From IMG/VR virus record IMGVR_UViG_3300043391_000853, positions 64,001 through 128,000 of that record: a stretch of DNA of 64,000 nt. One strand, written 5' to 3'. Both the position numbers and the translations under genes were made by a program. This stretch comes from a virus (Duplodnaviria > Caudoviricetes). Position 1 is the first letter of the stretch, and each line of letters begins with the position of its first letter. Below are positions 62,859 through 64,000 of the stretch, piece by piece. Under the pieces are notes generated by a model. That model ran no database searches and was not told the origin of the DNA. It worked only from the letters and a program-made list of their open reading frames with translations.

Positions 62859-63815
62859 CTAGTCTTGGGTGTTCGAGTATGCGACTTCAGCCTTAAGCTT
62901 GTTCAAGACTGTTTCCGCTACAGAAGAGGCGAGCTTCTCTTGCACTTCCTGTGCGGTTTTTTCTGCCTCCACCTGGAGGAAGAAGTTTTCGTACTCGGCA
63001 ACCTTGGCGGCAAGCTTTTCATTCGTCTCAAGCGCTTCCTGCAAAGCGGCCTGCTTTAACACTTCGTCAAAGTATTCGGCTCCGGCTTGCTCGGCAGCCT
63101 GCTTTTCATACTCTTCCTGCTCAGCTGCTTCCTTTTCTACGTGCTGCAGATCTTCTGCAGCTTCAGCGATCAAAAGATCGAAATCTCTACGTCCGGCTTC
63201 CTTGAACATCTCGAGCTCCTCTGCGGCTTCAGCTTCCTTTTGGAAGTCTTCTTCGTAGTCTTCGCTGTAGTCGTCACCGGCTGCCTTGAGGAGAGCAGCA
63301 CAAAACTGGCGACCCAACTCATAAGAGGCTACCTTCGCAGCCAATTCTTCTACCTGAGCCTTCTTGGCCCCAGTCAAAGGCTCAGCTTCGTCAGAAGAAC
63401 CCTTCTGAGAATAGTCTTGCTTGTTGTTCTCAGGCTTGATGCTGTTCTTGTCAGTCTTTTCCTTGTCGTCGCCCACGCTCTCAGACCTGACATCACCTGG
63501 CTTGCCAGAAACACTGTCCTGTGCGTTGGCTTGCTTACGGATAAGATCGAGAATTTCGGCACCCAGATCGTTGGCTGTCTTCGCCTTAGCGAGAGGTTCA
63601 GAACCGTCATCAGAAGGCTTCTGGTGGTATCCTTGAGCGACGTTTTCCGGTCCTACGGAATTCTTGTTATGTGACTCATGTTCGTCACCAACGCTGACGG
63701 ACCTGACGTCGCCGCCTGGAGCTCCAGAGATATTCTTCTGGGCGTCTTCTGCTTGCTTCTTCACCATGGAATGAAGCTGATTGAGTACTTCTGCGTGTTT
63801 TGTCAACTTAGCCAT
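62859..63815 (-). CDS. Capsid scaffolding / core protein
   Basis: Acidic coiled coil upstream of the capsid genes; AGGAG SD; about 16 K-x-A motifs; internal ~60-aa duplication. Confidence 0.7.
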   Translation of the reverse strand: MAKLTKHAEVLNQLHSMVKKQAEDAQKNISGAPGGDVRSVSVGDEHESHNKNSVGPENVAQGYHQKPSDDGSEPLAKAKTANDLGAEILDLIRKQANAQDSVSGKPGDVRSESVGDDKEKTDKNSIKPENNKQDYSQKGSSDEAEPLTGAKKAQVEELAAKVASYELGRQFCAALLKAAGDDYSEDYEEDFQKEAEAAEELEMFKEAGRRDFDLLIAEAAEDLQHVEKEAAEQEEYEKQAAEQAGAEYFDEVLKQAALQEALETNEKLAAKVAEYENFFLQVEAEKTAQEVQEKLASSVAETVLNKLKAEVAYSNTQD

Positions 63816-63864
63816 ATTTTTCTCCTAATTCTTTAAGTGTTAATTGTTTATGTGCTGTATGGAA

Positions 63865-64000
63865 TTACTTCTTCTTTGAGTCTTTATCTTTTGAGCCTTT
63901 GCTTTCTGAGTCTTTGCTGTCTTTACGTGAAGCACGTCCAGCAGCTACGCCAGCGAGACCGGCAGCGGTAGCGCTGAGCTTGCCTCTGTGTTCGTATACC
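63865..64000 (-). CDS. C-terminal end of a Gly/Ala-rich protein (runs off the right edge)
   Basis: ...VYEHRGKLSATAAGLAGVAAGRASRKDSKDSESKGSKDKDSKKK*. Confidence 0.55.
   Translation of the reverse strand, partial: VYEHRGKLSATAAGLAGVAAGRASRKDSKDSESKGSKDKDSKKK

Noticed and set aside
8-63674. Numerous short plus-strand ORFs in the track
   Set aside because: They are shadows of well-supported minus-strand genes and lack motifs or initiation signals.
1-64000. Alternative genetic code (stop-codon reassignment)
   Set aside because: Genes tile densely under code 11, and TAA, TAG and TGA all occur at true gene ends.

Overview
This window looks like a 64-kb segment of a large (probably jumbo) myovirus genome in the standard genetic code, with dense genes mostly on the minus strand. 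Family assignments come from motif recognition by eye, not database searches. Left part (1-13.3 kb): a repair/accessory region with truncated SbcC/Rad50, UV-damage endonuclease, SbcD/Mre11, a CX5R phosphatase and many small ORFs. It also holds an operon of an AT-hook protein, Ycf46-like AAA ATPase, DUF3150-, DUF1257- and DUF2997-like proteins, followed by a WGR-like gene; three of these products share a C-terminal RKLSI motif. Middle part (13.5-21.8 kb): large terminase (plus strand), a second AAA ATPase, a phage tmRNA of 482 nt with a 31-residue tag, a candidate ~100-nt pseudoknotted ncRNA and an RlpA-like transglycosylase. Right part (21.8-64 kb): a contractile-tail morphogenesis module with five paralogous tail-appendage genes (one of 3063 aa with Ig and FN3 repeats), baseplate genes with an embedded sigma factor, tape measure, a -1 frameshifted tail chaperone pair, spike, tube, sheath, neck, major capsid, decoration and scaffold genes. 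Many putative head proteins are rich in K-x-A motifs, which may be maturation-protease sites. No portal, prohead protease, integrase, reverse transcriptase, tRNA or CRISPR array was recognised in the window.
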